From positions 7,104 to 71,103 of the forward strand of contig CAZKCV010000005.1 in the NCBI GenBank assembly GCA_964551605.1: 64,000 nt of DNA, read 5' to 3'. Made by a program: the position numbers and the translations under genes. Positions 21,320-32,631 of the stretch are shown here, piece by piece. A model generated the notes under the pieces. It was not told the origin of the DNA. It saw only the letters and a list, made by a program, of their open reading frames with translations, and ran no database searches. This DNA is from an uncultured Gammaproteobacteria bacterium (lineage in GTDB: Bacteria > Patescibacteriota > Microgenomatia > Daviesbacterales > UBA10151). Within the stretch, counting starts at the first letter, position 1; each line of letters opens with the position of its first letter.

Positions 21320-23662
21320 TTACCTGTTGAAGCCGCCACGGCCGCCGCGATCCCTGCTACCACCGCCACTACGACCCCGGTCAAATCCACCAGACCTGGA
21401 AGAACCGCCTCTGTTAAAACCACCACTTCGTGGTCTGTCTCCAAATGGGCGTCTTTCACCGCCGCCAAACCTAGGTCTATCTCCGTATGGGCGTCTTTCG
21501 CCTCCGCCCCTGCTAAATCCTCCGCTTCTGGGCCTAAAACCTCCGCCGGAAGGCCTGCCTTCTGATTCCGGCTTGATATCTGCCCCAAACAGCATTGATA
21601 AACCAACCTTACCTTCGGGAGAAACTTCCGTTACCCGCACCTTAACTTCCTGACCCTCAGTGACTACATCTTCCGGCCTTTCTACATGACCGGGAGCCAT
21701 CTGGGAAATATGAACTAACCCATCCTTGCCGGGAGCAATCTCCACAAAAGCTCCAAAAGGTGCCAGCCTCACTACTTTACCGGTGAATTCTTCCCCCACA
21801 TTTACTGTTTTAAACATCCCTTCAATTTCGGCAATTGCTTTATCTACTCCCACCGAATCAGTTCCGGATACCATCACTGTCCCATCATCTTCAATATCAA
21901 TCTGAGCACCGGTTCTGGCAATAATGGCATTGATGTTTTTGCCGCCCGGCCCGATCAAAAGCCCGATCTCTTCCGGTTTAATATGCAATGTTTCTACTCT
22001 GGGCGCATAAGGCGACAGGGGGCCAGCACTAGGTATAACCGCTGCCATTTTTTCCAAAATCTCCAATCTGGCCTTTTTCCCCATCTTTAGCGCTTCCTCA
22101 ATAATTTCAAAACTTAATCCCGTCAGCTTAGTATCCATCTGGATTGCAGTTACCCCGTTTTTAGTTCCGGCAACCTTGAAATCCATTTCACCATAGAAAT
22201 CTTCTACTGCTCTCATGTCCGTTACCACTTGGAACTTTTTCTCATTGGAAAACAGTCCCAAAGCAATACCTGCCACCGGTTCAACAAGCGGGACTCCGGC
22301 ATTAAACAAAGCCAAAGTCATAGCACAAACAGAAGCCATTGAAGTAGAAGCATTGGCTGCCAAAACCTCGGATACTACCCTAATGGCATAGGGGAAATTT
22401 TCTTCAGCTGGAATTACACTGGCCAATGCTTTCTCGGCTAAAGCACCATGACCAATATCCCGCCTGTTAGGTGGACCTATTCTTTTCACTTCTCCGACAG
22501 AGAATGGGTTAATACCCATGTTGTAATGATGCATGAATCTTTTTTCCCGTTCTCCCTCCATACCATCCAGAGTTTGCTTAAGTGACGGAGCGCCTAAAGT
22601 CACAATAGATAATACTTGGGTATCGCCGCGATTAAACAAACCACTGCCATGGGTCCTTGGCAAAAGCCCCACTTCCATCTCCAGAGGTCTAATTTCCTCC
22701 ATAGACCGGCCATCTACGCGTTTGCCTTTTTCAAGCACGGTTTCATGGACAATTTCCTTGGCCACTTTATCGAAAATTCCGGCAATAATTTGGGGAGTTA
22801 GAGTTTCCGTATACTGAAGTGCTAATTCTTTTTTAATCTGATCACCGGTTGCCTCATGCCAAGGATGATCGTTATCAAAAAGGGCCGCTTCAATCCTTTC
22901 CTTGGTAATTTTGGTAACCTCAACAATTAAAGCCTCTTCAATCTCTTCTGCCAAATGTGAAACCGGCAGTTTTTCCTTACCGGCTTCTTTGGTAAATTCT
23001 TCAATCAAAGAAATTATCGGCTGTGAAGCAGCGTAAGCTTCTTTGATACCGGCAAAAACCTGGGTTTCATCAACTTGTTTACTGGCGGTTTCTATCATGA
23101 CGACTTTTTCGCTGCCGCACGCCACCAAAAGATCCATCTTCAATTTTTCCATCTCCTCCATGGGAGGATTTACAATCAATTTACCTTCTTCTTCCCCTAC
23201 CCGAACTCCGGCAATCGGGCCGTTCCAGGGCACGGAAGAAATAGACAGCGCAGCAGAAGCACCGATTAAACCGACAATATCCGGATCATTGGCCTGATCA
23301 ACGGACAGAACAGTTAAAATTACCTGGACTTCATTATTCTTAAATTCTTTGGGGAAAAGCGGGCGGATGGAACGGTCGATTAATCTGCCGGTTAAGACAG
23401 CCTCATCTGTGGGCTTAGTTTCTCTTTTGATAAACCGGGAAGAGGAAATTCTGCCTCCGGCGTAGTGTTTTTCTACATATTCTACAGACAGGGGAAAATA
23501 ACCGATATCTTCAGCCAGAGGACGGGTAGCTACAGTTGCTAAAATGACTGTCTCCCCCCAGGAAACCACAACAGAGGCATCTGCTTGCATAGCCAGCTTG
23601 CCTGTCTCTAACTTTAATTTTCGACCATTAAGGTCGATTTCTTTTGTAATAATTTTTTTCAT
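21320..23662 (-). CDS. pnp: Polyribonucleotide nucleotidyltransferase with RGG-rich tail
   Basis: RLIDRSIRPLF, RTHGS.LF.RGDTQ, MDFKVAGT, KH and S1 domains. Confidence 0.98.
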   Translation of the reverse strand: MKKIITKEIDLNGRKLKLETGKLAMQADASVVVSWGETVILATVATRPLAEDIGYFPLSVEYVEKHYAGGRISSSRFIKRETKPTDEAVLTGRLIDRSIRPLFPKEFKNNEVQVILTVLSVDQANDPDIVGLIGASAALSISSVPWNGPIAGVRVGEEEGKLIVNPPMEEMEKLKMDLLVACGSEKVVMIETASKQVDETQVFAGIKEAYAASQPIISLIEEFTKEAGKEKLPVSHLAEEIEEALIVEVTKITKERIEAALFDNDHPWHEATGDQIKKELALQYTETLTPQIIAGIFDKVAKEIVHETVLEKGKRVDGRSMEEIRPLEMEVGLLPRTHGSGLFNRGDTQVLSIVTLGAPSLKQTLDGMEGEREKRFMHHYNMGINPFSVGEVKRIGPPNRRDIGHGALAEKALASVIPAEENFPYAIRVVSEVLAANASTSMASVCAMTLALFNAGVPLVEPVAGIALGLFSNEKKFQVVTDMRAVEDFYGEMDFKVAGTKNGVTAIQMDTKLTGLSFEIIEEALKMGKKARLEILEKMAAVIPSAGPLSPYAPRVETLHIKPEEIGLLIGPGGKNINAIIARTGAQIDIEDDGTVMVSGTDSVGVDKAIAEIEGMFKTVNVGEEFTGKVVRLAPFGAFVEIAPGKDGLVHISQMAPGHVERPEDVVTEGQEVKVRVTEVSPEGKVGLSMLFGADIKPESEGRPSGGGFRPRSGGFSRGGGERRPYGDRPRFGGGERRPFGDRPRSGGFNRGGSSRSGGFDRGRSGGGSRDRGGRGGFNR

Positions 23663-23862
23663 AAATATTCTTCGAGCGATTAGCGAGAAGTTACCTTAAG
23701 AATATTAATAATCTTTATGGTATGTTCTCGCTACATTCGAACAATAAACTCTTAAGGATTTGGAAACTGTGGAAGAGGTAATTAGCTTTCAGACTTTGGT
23801 CTGACGACTACTTCTCTCTTTGCAATCCCCAAATCTCTCTTACATCATTAAGTATAACACAA

Positions 23863-24132
23863 TTACTTAGATAATCCTAATTTCTCAATAACCACACTAT
23901 ACCTATCAGTCTCTTTTTTGAATAAATACTGAAGCAACCTGCGGCGCTTATTAACCATTGATAAAAGGCCGCGTCGGGAGTGAATATCGTGTGGATGTTC
24001 TTTCAAATGGTCAGTTAAATTCTTAATCTGTTCACTGAGTAGTGCAACCTGCACTTCCGGGGAACCTGTATCACCGCTTTTGGTAGCAAACTCTTTAATT
24101 ATTTTCTGCTTAATCTTCGGATCAAGTGGCAT
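23863..24132 (-). CDS. rpsO: 30S ribosomal protein S15
   Basis: [28 protein letters not shown]. Confidence 0.99.
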   Translation of the reverse strand: MPLDPKIKQKIIKEFATKSGDTGSPEVQVALLSEQIKNLTDHLKEHPHDIHSRRGLLSMVNKRRRLLQYLFKKETDRYSVVIEKLGLSK

Positions 24133-24247
24133 CTAAAAATCCTTTCTGAGACAACCTCGGTGCCAAGACGTTGCTCTAATTTACAATGCGTTCTTCGCAT
24201 TGCACTTTGTTTGGGGTATTGTAACAGAAATACTAAAAATATGCAAG

Positions 24248-25297
24248 TTATCCGATTGAGGTGCCTTTGAAGATTTTCGGAGTCAGCCATTCCGGTTCAA
24301 CTGTTTCGGAAACCACCCCTTCTCCGGCCGGACGTTCTTCCGGTGAAGACTGGTTTTGATCACCAGCATTAGAAGCCGGTGTTGAGGGGGTGGACGATAC
24401 CACTGGCGGTACGGTAAATTCTGAGCTGGAAGATGGTGGTTGGGGTACACTTTGGCCAATGGCCGCTGCTACCGCATTCCAGTCATAAGTCGGCTGCTGG
24501 GGTACAGAAGGAGCAACTTGAACAGGTTGACCCTGTGCACCCTCCGAAGGCTTTCTACCTCCTACCCGAAGACAGTTGGCTACTGCCATATAAGTGTCTG
24601 CTGTTACTTTCGGGTCAGCTAAATTATGGGTGGCTTCAAAAATGCCGGCCAATATATTGCTGGCTATGTCGGCATCTAAATTAAAACCCAAATCAGTAAT
24701 TACCAAAGCTACTACTTCTGATAAAGAAGCGGCTTGCGGATCCAAAACATTGGTTTGGCCAAAACTGGTATTAGCCGGCTGGGTATCAATATTAACCAGG
24801 TGAGTACCGGAAAAAGCCTGGGGGTTTGAGGAGTAAATATTTCCCAAGGCATTTAAGTTAGCTGCCCCGATCACAAAAATTAAATTAAAACCAGAACCTT
24901 GATAATGAGGAACAATGCGGGCCGGTTGGAAAGTTTGGTTTGGTAAAACATGAAAGACTAAATTTAAGTTATTGTTTTCCGCATACCAATCCAGCTTTTC
25001 TAAGGCCGGCACCGTTCCATCAGAACTTGCCACACCTTCCAAAGTCAAGGTTAAATTACCACCATCTGTGGAAGGAAGGGTTTTTTGGACATGGTCTATC
25101 CCAAAAAGATGCCCGTGAGAAACCAAGACAGAGTCATCAGACACAATGCTGACTTGTTTTCCCTGGGCTTCAAAGGTTAAAAACAAAGCCAAACCGGCTG
25201 CCAGCCTATCCACATCTCCAGCTGCCACTGCAATCAGGATATTTTTAGCAGAAGGAAGCAGGTTTTTAAGCTCCGCAAGCTGTGAGTCGTATTTCAT
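24248..25297 (-). CDS. Degenerate DHH/NrnA-like protein with P/S-rich tail
   Basis: KNILI...D.DRLAAGLAL and VNID..N..FG..N pattern; canonical DHH residues absent; ends PEWLTPKIFKG. Confidence 0.65.
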   Translation of the reverse strand: MKYDSQLAELKNLLPSAKNILIAVAAGDVDRLAAGLALFLTFEAQGKQVSIVSDDSVLVSHGHLFGIDHVQKTLPSTDGGNLTLTLEGVASSDGTVPALEKLDWYAENNNLNLVFHVLPNQTFQPARIVPHYQGSGFNLIFVIGAANLNALGNIYSSNPQAFSGTHLVNIDTQPANTSFGQTNVLDPQAASLSEVVALVITDLGFNLDADIASNILAGIFEATHNLADPKVTADTYMAVANCLRVGGRKPSEGAQGQPVQVAPSVPQQPTYDWNAVAAAIGQSVPQPPSSSSEFTVPPVVSSTPSTPASNAGDQNQSSPEERPAGEGVVSETVEPEWLTPKIFKGTSIG

Positions 25298-25423
25298 AGA
25301 ATTGTAGTCGCATTCTACACTTCTAGCCCATAATAGTCAAGTACCACGCTGACTATTTCAAGGTTCTGCCGAAGGCAGGTTCTTATAAAGATCAAGTCCT
25401 CGGTCTTCATTACTCTGAAGGAA

Positions 25424-25511
25424 CTTCCACCTCGGAGGTGGAAGTGTAGCTACACCTCGGTATATTCACTCTATGTTCACCCTTGGGGGATTTTGTATTG
25501 ACAGCTGCGGA
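25424..25511. repeat. Intergenic palindromic element, copy 2
   Basis: 40-nt identity to 14862-14901. Confidence 0.9.
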
Positions 25512-25574
25512 AAACGATAAATAACAAATTGCACTATTGACATACAATTGTATATACAATAATATACACATACT

Positions 25575-25817
25575 ATGTTTACGTTTCCTAGAACAACTAC
25601 AGCCAGAGAGATACAAAGAAATTACCGAAAAATTTTTGATTTGGTTAAGAAAACCAAAGAACCGGTGGTAGTAATGAAAAACAATAAACCGGAGGTAGTT
25701 ATTATGGACCCCAAGAAATTGGCAAAAATGCAGGCCATACTCGATGTCTTGGAAAGCCGTGAACAGGCCAGGCAAGGTAAAGTAAAGGAAGTAAAATCTT
25801 TCAAAGACCTTCGTTAA
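25575..25817 (+). CDS. Phd/YefM-family antitoxin
   Basis: TAREIQRNY..IFD.V....EPVVVMKNNKPEVVIM. Confidence 0.9.
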   Translation: MFTFPRTTTAREIQRNYRKIFDLVKKTKEPVVVMKNNKPEVVIMDPKKLAKMQAILDVLESREQARQGKVKEVKSFKDLR

Positions 25818-26075
25818 GTGAAAATTTACCGGACTGAAAAATTCACAAAGGCCTACAGAAAGATACCTAAACAGGTTAAATTAGCTACCGAAGCTAAAGA
25901 AGAAATTTTCCGCCAAAATCCCTTTGATCCAAGGTTAAAAACGCACAAGCTAAAAGGTGAGCTAAAGGATTCGTATTCTTTCTCTGTTTCATACCACTGG
26001 AGAATAGTATTTCACTTCGAAAAAAATGACACTGTAGTCTTGGATATGATAGGGACTCATCAAGTCTACAAATAA
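25818..26075 (+). CDS. RelE/YafQ-like mRNA interferase toxin
   Basis: F.KAYRK, PRLKTHKLKG, WRIVF, IGTH..Y; abuts the antitoxin. Confidence 0.9.
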   Translation: MKIYRTEKFTKAYRKIPKQVKLATEAKEEIFRQNPFDPRLKTHKLKGELKDSYSFSVSYHWRIVFHFEKNDTVVLDMIGTHQVYK

Positions 26076-26091
26076 GATATAATAACCAAGC

Positions 26092-26523
26092 ATGAAAATA
26101 GGCATTGGATTGATAATAATTTCTGTATCGACAGTGATTTATAGTCTTTTACCTGTTTTATTTAAAAAAGTAAACCAAAATATACCACCATTTACTGTCA
26201 TGGCTGTCTCTATGTTTGCTCTTTTTATTGCTGCGCTTATTTTAAGTTTATTATTCGAAAAAAGCATCAATTGGAAGTTTATAAATGACAACCGGAACCT
26301 TTTTCTGGTTTTGATAACAACAGGATTAATCAATGCTGCAGGGTTTTGGCTGGCAATTCAGGCTTTTAAATACATGCCTCTTTGGCAACAAACTTTATTT
26401 GGTTTATTTATACCCATTTTAACCGGTATTTTTGCCTATCTTATACTAGGAGAGACACTCAATCCCAAGCTATTTGTTGGTCTCTTAATTATGGCGCTTG
26501 GTCTCGTGATAGCAATTAGATAA
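26092..26523 (+). CDS. EamA/DMT family transporter (single repeat)
   Basis: About 5 TMs; AYLILGETL motif. Confidence 0.85.
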   Translation: MKIGIGLIIISVSTVIYSLLPVLFKKVNQNIPPFTVMAVSMFALFIAALILSLLFEKSINWKFINDNRNLFLVLITTGLINAAGFWLAIQAFKYMPLWQQTLFGLFIPILTGIFAYLILGETLNPKLFVGLLIMALGLVIAIR

Positions 26524-27979
26524 CTCTAAATGATTCCACGATGTCACCAATTGCAAAATCTACCTGGGGATCAAAGAGCATGCCACAGTCATTACCTTTT
26601 TCCACCTTATTTACCTCTTCTTTGACCTTTTTCAAGGATTTCAATTTAGTTTCACCAATTATCTCTTCTTCTCTGACTATCCTAATTCTTTGTCCTTTGG
26701 CAATACTGCCTTCAGTCATTCGGCATCCGGCAATTTTCTCATTTTTGCCATGAGGAAATTCGGCAATGATACCGGCCCGACCGATAACCTCTTCCAATTG
26801 TCCTACTTCAAGCAAAGTCTTAACTACATCTTCTACATCTTCTAAAAGCTCATAAATAATATTGTAGGTCCGGATTAAAACATGCTCATTTTCCGCCAAC
26901 CTCTGGGCTGTGGGCGCTACTTTAACATTAAAACCAATCACAATTGCTCCCACTGAAGCAGCCAGCTTAATATTTTCTTCACCAATATCCCCGGTGCCGG
27001 TAGAAACATAATCTACCACCTTTTGTTCAGCATTATATTTGTCCAAAGAAGCCTGAATTGCTTCCAATGAGCCTTGCTTATCAGCTTTGATAATCACTTT
27101 CAGGGTTTTAGTATCTCCCTGCTTTAACTTCTCTACCAGTGATTGTATTGCCTCCGCCTCTTTTACTTCAGCCAACTCCCCTAAGACTGCACCGACAGCC
27201 GGTACAGCTTCCAAACCTAACACCTCCACCGGGGTTGAAGGTCCTGCCGAATCGACAGGTTTACCGCTAAAATCAAATATCCCCCGGACCTTACTTTTAA
27301 TTTCCCCTATTTCTATTTGATTTCCTTTTTTCAAAGTGCCATTCCTGATCAAAATTGTAGCAATCGGCCCTTTAAACTTATCCAGGGTAGATTCAATTAC
27401 CACTCCGGCTGCCGGAAGAACCGGATCACCTTTTAGCTCATGCAATTCAGCCACCAAAAGAATAATTTCCAAAAGTTTATCCACCCCTTCGCCGGTTTTG
27501 GCCGACAGTTCTACTAACGGTATATCCCCACCGTACTCCTCAATATTAATTTTTTGATCTGCCAGCTGTTTTTTAATCTTGAGTAACTGAACATTTTTAT
27601 CTATCCCCGGTAAGTCAATTTTGTTCACTGCCACAATAATTGGCACCTTAGCCTCCTGGATATGTTTTATTGCCTCAACGGTTTGCGGCATAACGCCGTC
27701 ATCTATGGCTACCACTAAAACCGCAATATCTGCAACTTTGGCCCCGCGGGAACGCATCTGCTCAAAAGCGGCATGACCGGGTGTATCAATGAAAGTTATC
27801 ATCTTACCATCAAGAGTGACTTGATAAGCTCCGATATGTTGGGTGATGCCGCCGTGTTCTTTAGCTGCTACCGAGGATTTACGGATAAAATCAAGCAAAG
27901 TAGTCTTGCCATGATCAACATGGCCTAAGATAGTCACTATAGGTGGTCGTGTTTGTTCTGCCATCAATTCATCTCCCAA
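26516..27979 (-). CDS. infB: Translation initiation factor IF-2 (lacks N-terminal domain)
   Basis: [32 protein letters not shown]. Confidence 0.98.
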   Translation of the reverse strand: MGDELMAEQTRPPIVTILGHVDHGKTTLLDFIRKSSVAAKEHGGITQHIGAYQVTLDGKMITFIDTPGHAAFEQMRSRGAKVADIAVLVVAIDDGVMPQTVEAIKHIQEAKVPIIVAVNKIDLPGIDKNVQLLKIKKQLADQKINIEEYGGDIPLVELSAKTGEGVDKLLEIILLVAELHELKGDPVLPAAGVVIESTLDKFKGPIATILIRNGTLKKGNQIEIGEIKSKVRGIFDFSGKPVDSAGPSTPVEVLGLEAVPAVGAVLGELAEVKEAEAIQSLVEKLKQGDTKTLKVIIKADKQGSLEAIQASLDKYNAEQKVVDYVSTGTGDIGEENIKLAASVGAIVIGFNVKVAPTAQRLAENEHVLIRTYNIIYELLEDVEDVVKTLLEVGQLEEVIGRAGIIAEFPHGKNEKIAGCRMTEGSIAKGQRIRIVREEEIIGETKLKSLKKVKEEVNKVEKGNDCGMLFDPQVDFAIGDIVESFRVI

Positions 27980-28054
27980 TAAAATATTTTACCCTAAGAA
28001 GAATTAAGCGGTTAGAATTAAGAATTAAGAATTTGAAAAATAATTTTCATAGCT

Positions 28055-29389
28055 TTATTCTTTATTCTTATTGCTTGATTCTTTCTCAGTATCAGCTTCT
28101 TCTGTCTCTCCGATAGCTTCTTCCAATTGCTCTTTTTCCTGCTCAGGATTTTCCTCATCAATGGCTTTTTCCAACACTTCGCCTGCCTCTTCTGCTGCTT
28201 CTTTTTCCGAAGTCTCAGTTGTATTCTCCTCAGCCTCAGCCACTTCTTGCTCTACCGCCTCTTTGGCCTCTTTCTTTTCTTCGTCTGCTGCAATGTTCGT
28301 GTCATCAGCAGCCTGAGCTGATGTGCTGGCAGGCTCCTCTTTTTTCTCACCAGTACCTTCAGCCGGCGCTTCTTCCGCTTTTTCTTCTTTCACCTCAGCT
28401 ACTTTTGGCTCTTCAACAATCTCCGGTTCCTCTGCCCCTTCAATATCTATCTTCCAACCGGTCAATTTGGCGGCCAACCTGACATTTTGTCCGCCTTTAC
28501 CGATTGCCAAAGACAATTGGCTTTGGGGAACTGTCACTGTGGCTATGTTATCTTTCTCATTTAATCTGACTTGAATATCCTTGGCTGGAGACAAAGCAGC
28601 AGCAATAAACCTGGCCGGATCATCAGAGTAACTAATAATGTCAATTTTTTCCTCACTCAACTCACCTATTACCGCCTGCACCCGGACTCCCTTTTGTCCA
28701 ACTAAACTGCCCACCGGATCAACCCCGTCTTGAGTAGAAATAGCGGCGATTTTAGTCCGGGATCCGGCCTCCCGGGCAATAACTTTAATTTCTACTGCCT
28801 CGGATTGAATTTCCGGCACTTCTAAGGCAAACAGCGCTTTCACCAAATTCGAATCAGACCGTGAAACAACTACTTCCGATCCTCTGCCGCCTTCACGTAT
28901 TTCTTTAACTAAGAACTTCAGCCGCTGGTTTTGATGATACATTTCAGTATGGACTTGTTCAGACGGAGGCAAAACCCCTTCCGCCCGGCCTAAATCAACA
29001 AAAAAGGTATTCCCTTCCTGCCTCTGGATAGTACCTGATATAACCGTGCCAACCTTACCCTCATACTCTGCCAAAATAGTCCCCCGTTCAGCCTCATTTA
29101 GCTTTTGCATTATCACTTGCTTGGCAATGGAAGCGGCAATTCGGGCAAAGCCGGGCGGGGTTACGTTATCTTTACCATGAAAAACGGAGATTTCACCGGT
29201 TACCGGATCAACCGCAGAAGTAAATTCTTCAAAATCTTCCGGAATAGGTTCATTTCGAAGCATTAAATCCTTTTTATAAGCAGCCAAAGCCGCTACCCGA
29301 ATGGCATCCAAGACCACTTCCACCTCTACCCCTTTTTCAGAGGCGATTTGATTTAATGCAGCAGCAAATTCAGTGCGTGCTTGTGCCAT
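28055..29389 (-). CDS. nusA: Transcription factor NusA with acidic tail
   Basis: [41 protein letters not shown]. Confidence 0.98.
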   Translation of the reverse strand: MAQARTEFAAALNQIASEKGVEVEVVLDAIRVAALAAYKKDLMLRNEPIPEDFEEFTSAVDPVTGEISVFHGKDNVTPPGFARIAASIAKQVIMQKLNEAERGTILAEYEGKVGTVISGTIQRQEGNTFFVDLGRAEGVLPPSEQVHTEMYHQNQRLKFLVKEIREGGRGSEVVVSRSDSNLVKALFALEVPEIQSEAVEIKVIAREAGSRTKIAAISTQDGVDPVGSLVGQKGVRVQAVIGELSEEKIDIISYSDDPARFIAAALSPAKDIQVRLNEKDNIATVTVPQSQLSLAIGKGGQNVRLAAKLTGWKIDIEGAEEPEIVEEPKVAEVKEEKAEEAPAEGTGEKKEEPASTSAQAADDTNIAADEEKKEAKEAVEQEVAEAEENTTETSEKEAAEEAGEVLEKAIDEENPEQEKEQLEEAIGETEEADTEKESSNKNKE

Positions 29390-29475
29390 TTGTTTTAGCG
29401 TATAGTAAATAGCGTTTAGCGTTCAATTGAAATTACAACTATACGCTGTACGCTTCTCTCTATCCCCTTTCTACT

Positions 29476-29499
29476 AAAAAGGTGGGACTAGCCCACCTT
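29476..29499 (-). terminator. Intrinsic terminator-like hairpin in the nusA leader (possible attenuator)
   Basis: Minus strand AAGGTGGG-ctagt-CCCACCTTTTT; lies downstream of a TTGACT-18-TAGAAT promoter (29557-29528). Confidence 0.7.
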
Positions 29500-29563
29500 C
29501 AGGTCCTTTGGATTATTAACCAGGCATATTCTAACTCTTTTGGTAACTTGAAGTCAATATTTC

Positions 29564-30511
29564 TTAAAACCAGCCTTTTTTCTTGGAAGACAGATTCTTC
29601 AATTCTTCATATAGCTGCTTCTCTTCTTTGGAGGGGTTTTTGGGCACGTCTAAGTTAACCCTGACATAGTGGTCGCCATGGCCGGCTCCACCCAAACGGG
29701 GAGCGCCTTTACCTTTTAATTTTACCAGAGAGCCGGGCTGGGTACCCGGCGGCACTTTTACTTTCACCTTACCCTGTACCGTATCGACATCAAAAACATC
29801 TCCTAAAACCAGTTGGGGGATATTCACAGTAATCTCGGAAAAAATATCCGCCCCTTCCCGCAAAAACTGGGGGCTTCTACTGACATTAAACATAATATCC
29901 AAGTCACCAAACCTCATCCTGGTCCCATTATCTACCCCTGCCGGCACCTTAATTTTCATTCTCTTTCGGGTCAACTTTCCATGTTGATCCCTTGATTCAA
30001 TCTCCACCTCTTTAGTAACACCATGAACTGCCTCATCGAAATTTAAGTTGAGCTGATAAGTCGGGCGTCTCCTGAAACCCTGGCCAAAAGGGGAGCCGCC
30101 GCCGAAAATCTGCTCAAATAACTCAAACGGGTCTTCAAAACCGCCAAAATCAAACTGGATATTAGGATTGCCACCACTGCCGGATGACCAGCTATATTGC
30201 TGCCAACCTCCCCCTCCTCCAAAAGGGTTAAACCCTCCGGCACCTCCGGCTCCGCCGGATCCACCACCCCCAAATCCGGTTGACCTATCAAAAGCGGCAT
30301 GGCCAAATTGGTCATAAGCTCCCTTTTTCTGAGGATCGGATAATACTTGATAAGCTTCTCCCAGTTCTTTAAATCTTTCAGTAGCTCCGGCAGATTTATC
30401 TATATCAGGATGGTGTTTTCTGGCCAGTCTCCGGTATGCAGATTTAATCTCCGCCTCAGAAGCAGATTTATTTACTCCCAATATTTCATAATAGTCACGC
30501 TTAGTAGCCAT
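29564..30511 (-). CDS. dnaJ: DnaJ-class co-chaperone lacking the zinc finger (class B)
   Basis: J domain with HPD, G/F region, C-terminal domain; no CxxCxGxG repeats; follows dnaK. Confidence 0.9.
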   Translation of the reverse strand: MATKRDYYEILGVNKSASEAEIKSAYRRLARKHHPDIDKSAGATERFKELGEAYQVLSDPQKKGAYDQFGHAAFDRSTGFGGGGSGGAGGAGGFNPFGGGGGWQQYSWSSGSGGNPNIQFDFGGFEDPFELFEQIFGGGSPFGQGFRRRPTYQLNLNFDEAVHGVTKEVEIESRDQHGKLTRKRMKIKVPAGVDNGTRMRFGDLDIMFNVSRSPQFLREGADIFSEITVNIPQLVLGDVFDVDTVQGKVKVKVPPGTQPGSLVKLKGKGAPRLGGAGHGDHYVRVNLDVPKNPSKEEKQLYEELKNLSSKKKGWF

Positions 30512-30677
30512 AAACTTTCAAATTATACAATTAAAGAGTGGCGAAGTCACAAGTCATAAAAGCAATCTGATGATTTTGTGTGCAGATATACGTCACAAAA
30601 TCATCACATAGTGAGACTGGAGAACGCCTTAATGTTGCAGAAATTACTAGTCGAACGGTGCTTTTTGACGTGACGAG

Positions 30678-32600
30678 CTACTCTTCCTTTTTCTCTTCTT
30701 CTACCACTTCACCCTCCACTGCTTCATCTTTTTTGGGAGCTTCACCGTCAGGAGCCTGTTCTTCAGTTGGTTGCTCTCCTGATGCCTGTTGCCCACCGCC
30801 TGTTGCCTGCCCTTGGTACATGGCTGCACCCACTTTTTGCAAAGCTTCAGACAAAGCATCCATCTTAGGCTTTAAGTCTTCCGGAGATGCAGTTTTGATA
30901 ACACCTTTTAAGTCGCTGAGTTTTTGTTCTACATCTGTTCTGACATCTGCGGAGATCTTATCTCCGGCCTCTTTCAGACTTCTTTCTGCGGTAAAGACCA
31001 AAGTATCTGCCTGATTTCTGATCTCCACCTCTTCCTTTTTCTTTCTGTCCTCTTCAGCATGAGCTTCTGCTTCTTTAGTCATCTTCTCCACCTCATCTTT
31101 TGAAAGCCCGGTGGAACCGGTAATAGTAATATTCTGTTTCTTGCCTGTGGCTTTATCATGAGCAGTCACATTTAAAATACCATTGGCATCAATATCAAAG
31201 GTCACCTCAACTTGCGGCACACCCCGGGGAGCCGGCGGAATACCATCCAGGATAAAGCGACCCAGTGATTTATTATCTGCGGCCATCTCCCGTTCACCCT
31301 GCAGCACATTAATTTCAACAGAAGTCTGGTTATCGGCAGCAGTGGAGAAAACTTCTGATTTAGAAGCCGGAATAGTAGTATTTCTAGGAATTAATGGAGT
31401 TCTCACCCCACCCAAAGTTTCAATACCTAAAGTCAGAGGGGTTACGTCCAGGAGTAAAACATCTTTGACCTCACCGCCTAACACTCCACCTTGAATAGCA
31501 GCGCCCACCGCTACTACTTCATCAGGGTTAATGCCTTTGTGCGGCTCTTTGCCGAAGAAATCCTGGACTGCTTTTTGTACTGCCGGCATCCTGGTCATGC
31601 CTCCGACTAAAACCACCTCATCAATTTGCTTGGCGTCTAATTTGGCATCTTTGATGGCAGACTTTACAGCCTCAAAAGTTTTATCAATCAAAGGCGCAGC
31701 CTGTGCCTCCAGTTTAGCCCTGGACAGCTTCATTTCCAAATGCTTCGGACCGGAGGCATCTGCTGTCACAAACGGAATGGAAATCTCTGCCTCTTGGGTA
31801 GAAGATAGCTCAATTTTGGCTTTTTCGGCCGCATCCCGCAGTCTTTGCAAAGCTTGACGATCACCTTTTAGATCAATCCCCTGCTCTTTTCTAAACTCTT
31901 CTGCCAAAAAGTCTAAAATCACGGCATCAAAATCATCTCCGCCTAAGTGAGTATCACCATTAGTGGATTTAACCTCAATCACCCCATCACCCAACTCTAA
32001 AATGGAAATATCAAAAGTGCCGCCGCCTAAATCATAAACCGCAATAGTGTGGGCATGGGATTTATCCAGGCCATAGGCCAGTGCTGCTGCAGTTGGTTCA
32101 TTAATAATTCTTTGTACATTTAGGCCGGCAATTTCTCCGGCCTGTTTAGTGGCTTGTCTTTGCGCATCGTCAAAATAGGCAGGGACAGTGATCACTGCAT
32201 CAGTTACCTTTTCACCCAAATAAGATTCGGCATCGGCTTTGATCTTTTGTAAAATCTGTGCGGAAATTTCCTGGGGAGTATATTCATGGCCTTCCACTTC
32301 CACCACTGCCATGCCTTCCCGGCCTTCTTTAACAGTGTAGGGGAGCCACTTAATGTCGCGTTGTACTTCCGGGTCTTTAAACTTGCGGCCCATCAGTCTT
32401 TTTATGGAAAAAATAGTTTCTTTGGGGTTAACGATGGCCTGGCGTTTGGCCACCCGTCCGACAATATTTTTAATCGGATTAACTACCGAAGGGATAATAT
32501 TTTCCCCCTCAGCCGAATGGATCACCTTGGGTTTTCCACCCTCCATGACTGCCATTGCACTATTAGTTGTACCCAAATCAATACCAATTATCTTAGCCAT
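30678..32600 (-). CDS. dnaK: Chaperone DnaK
   Basis: [30 protein letters not shown]. Confidence 0.99.
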   Translation of the reverse strand: MAKIIGIDLGTTNSAMAVMEGGKPKVIHSAEGENIIPSVVNPIKNIVGRVAKRQAIVNPKETIFSIKRLMGRKFKDPEVQRDIKWLPYTVKEGREGMAVVEVEGHEYTPQEISAQILQKIKADAESYLGEKVTDAVITVPAYFDDAQRQATKQAGEIAGLNVQRIINEPTAAALAYGLDKSHAHTIAVYDLGGGTFDISILELGDGVIEVKSTNGDTHLGGDDFDAVILDFLAEEFRKEQGIDLKGDRQALQRLRDAAEKAKIELSSTQEAEISIPFVTADASGPKHLEMKLSRAKLEAQAAPLIDKTFEAVKSAIKDAKLDAKQIDEVVLVGGMTRMPAVQKAVQDFFGKEPHKGINPDEVVAVGAAIQGGVLGGEVKDVLLLDVTPLTLGIETLGGVRTPLIPRNTTIPASKSEVFSTAADNQTSVEINVLQGEREMAADNKSLGRFILDGIPPAPRGVPQVEVTFDIDANGILNVTAHDKATGKKQNITITGSTGLSKDEVEKMTKEAEAHAEEDRKKKEEVEIRNQADTLVFTAERSLKEAGDKISADVRTDVEQKLSDLKGVIKTASPEDLKPKMDALSEALQKVGAAMYQGQATGGGQQASGEQPTEEQAPDGEAPKKDEAVEGEVVEEEKKEE

Positions 32601-32631
32601 AGTCGTTATTTGACAAACAAATTACAATTTC

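Noticed and set aside
21301-21653. Pro-rich and alternative-frame ORFs over the pnp 3' end
   Set aside because: Shadows of the low-complexity RGG tail of PNPase
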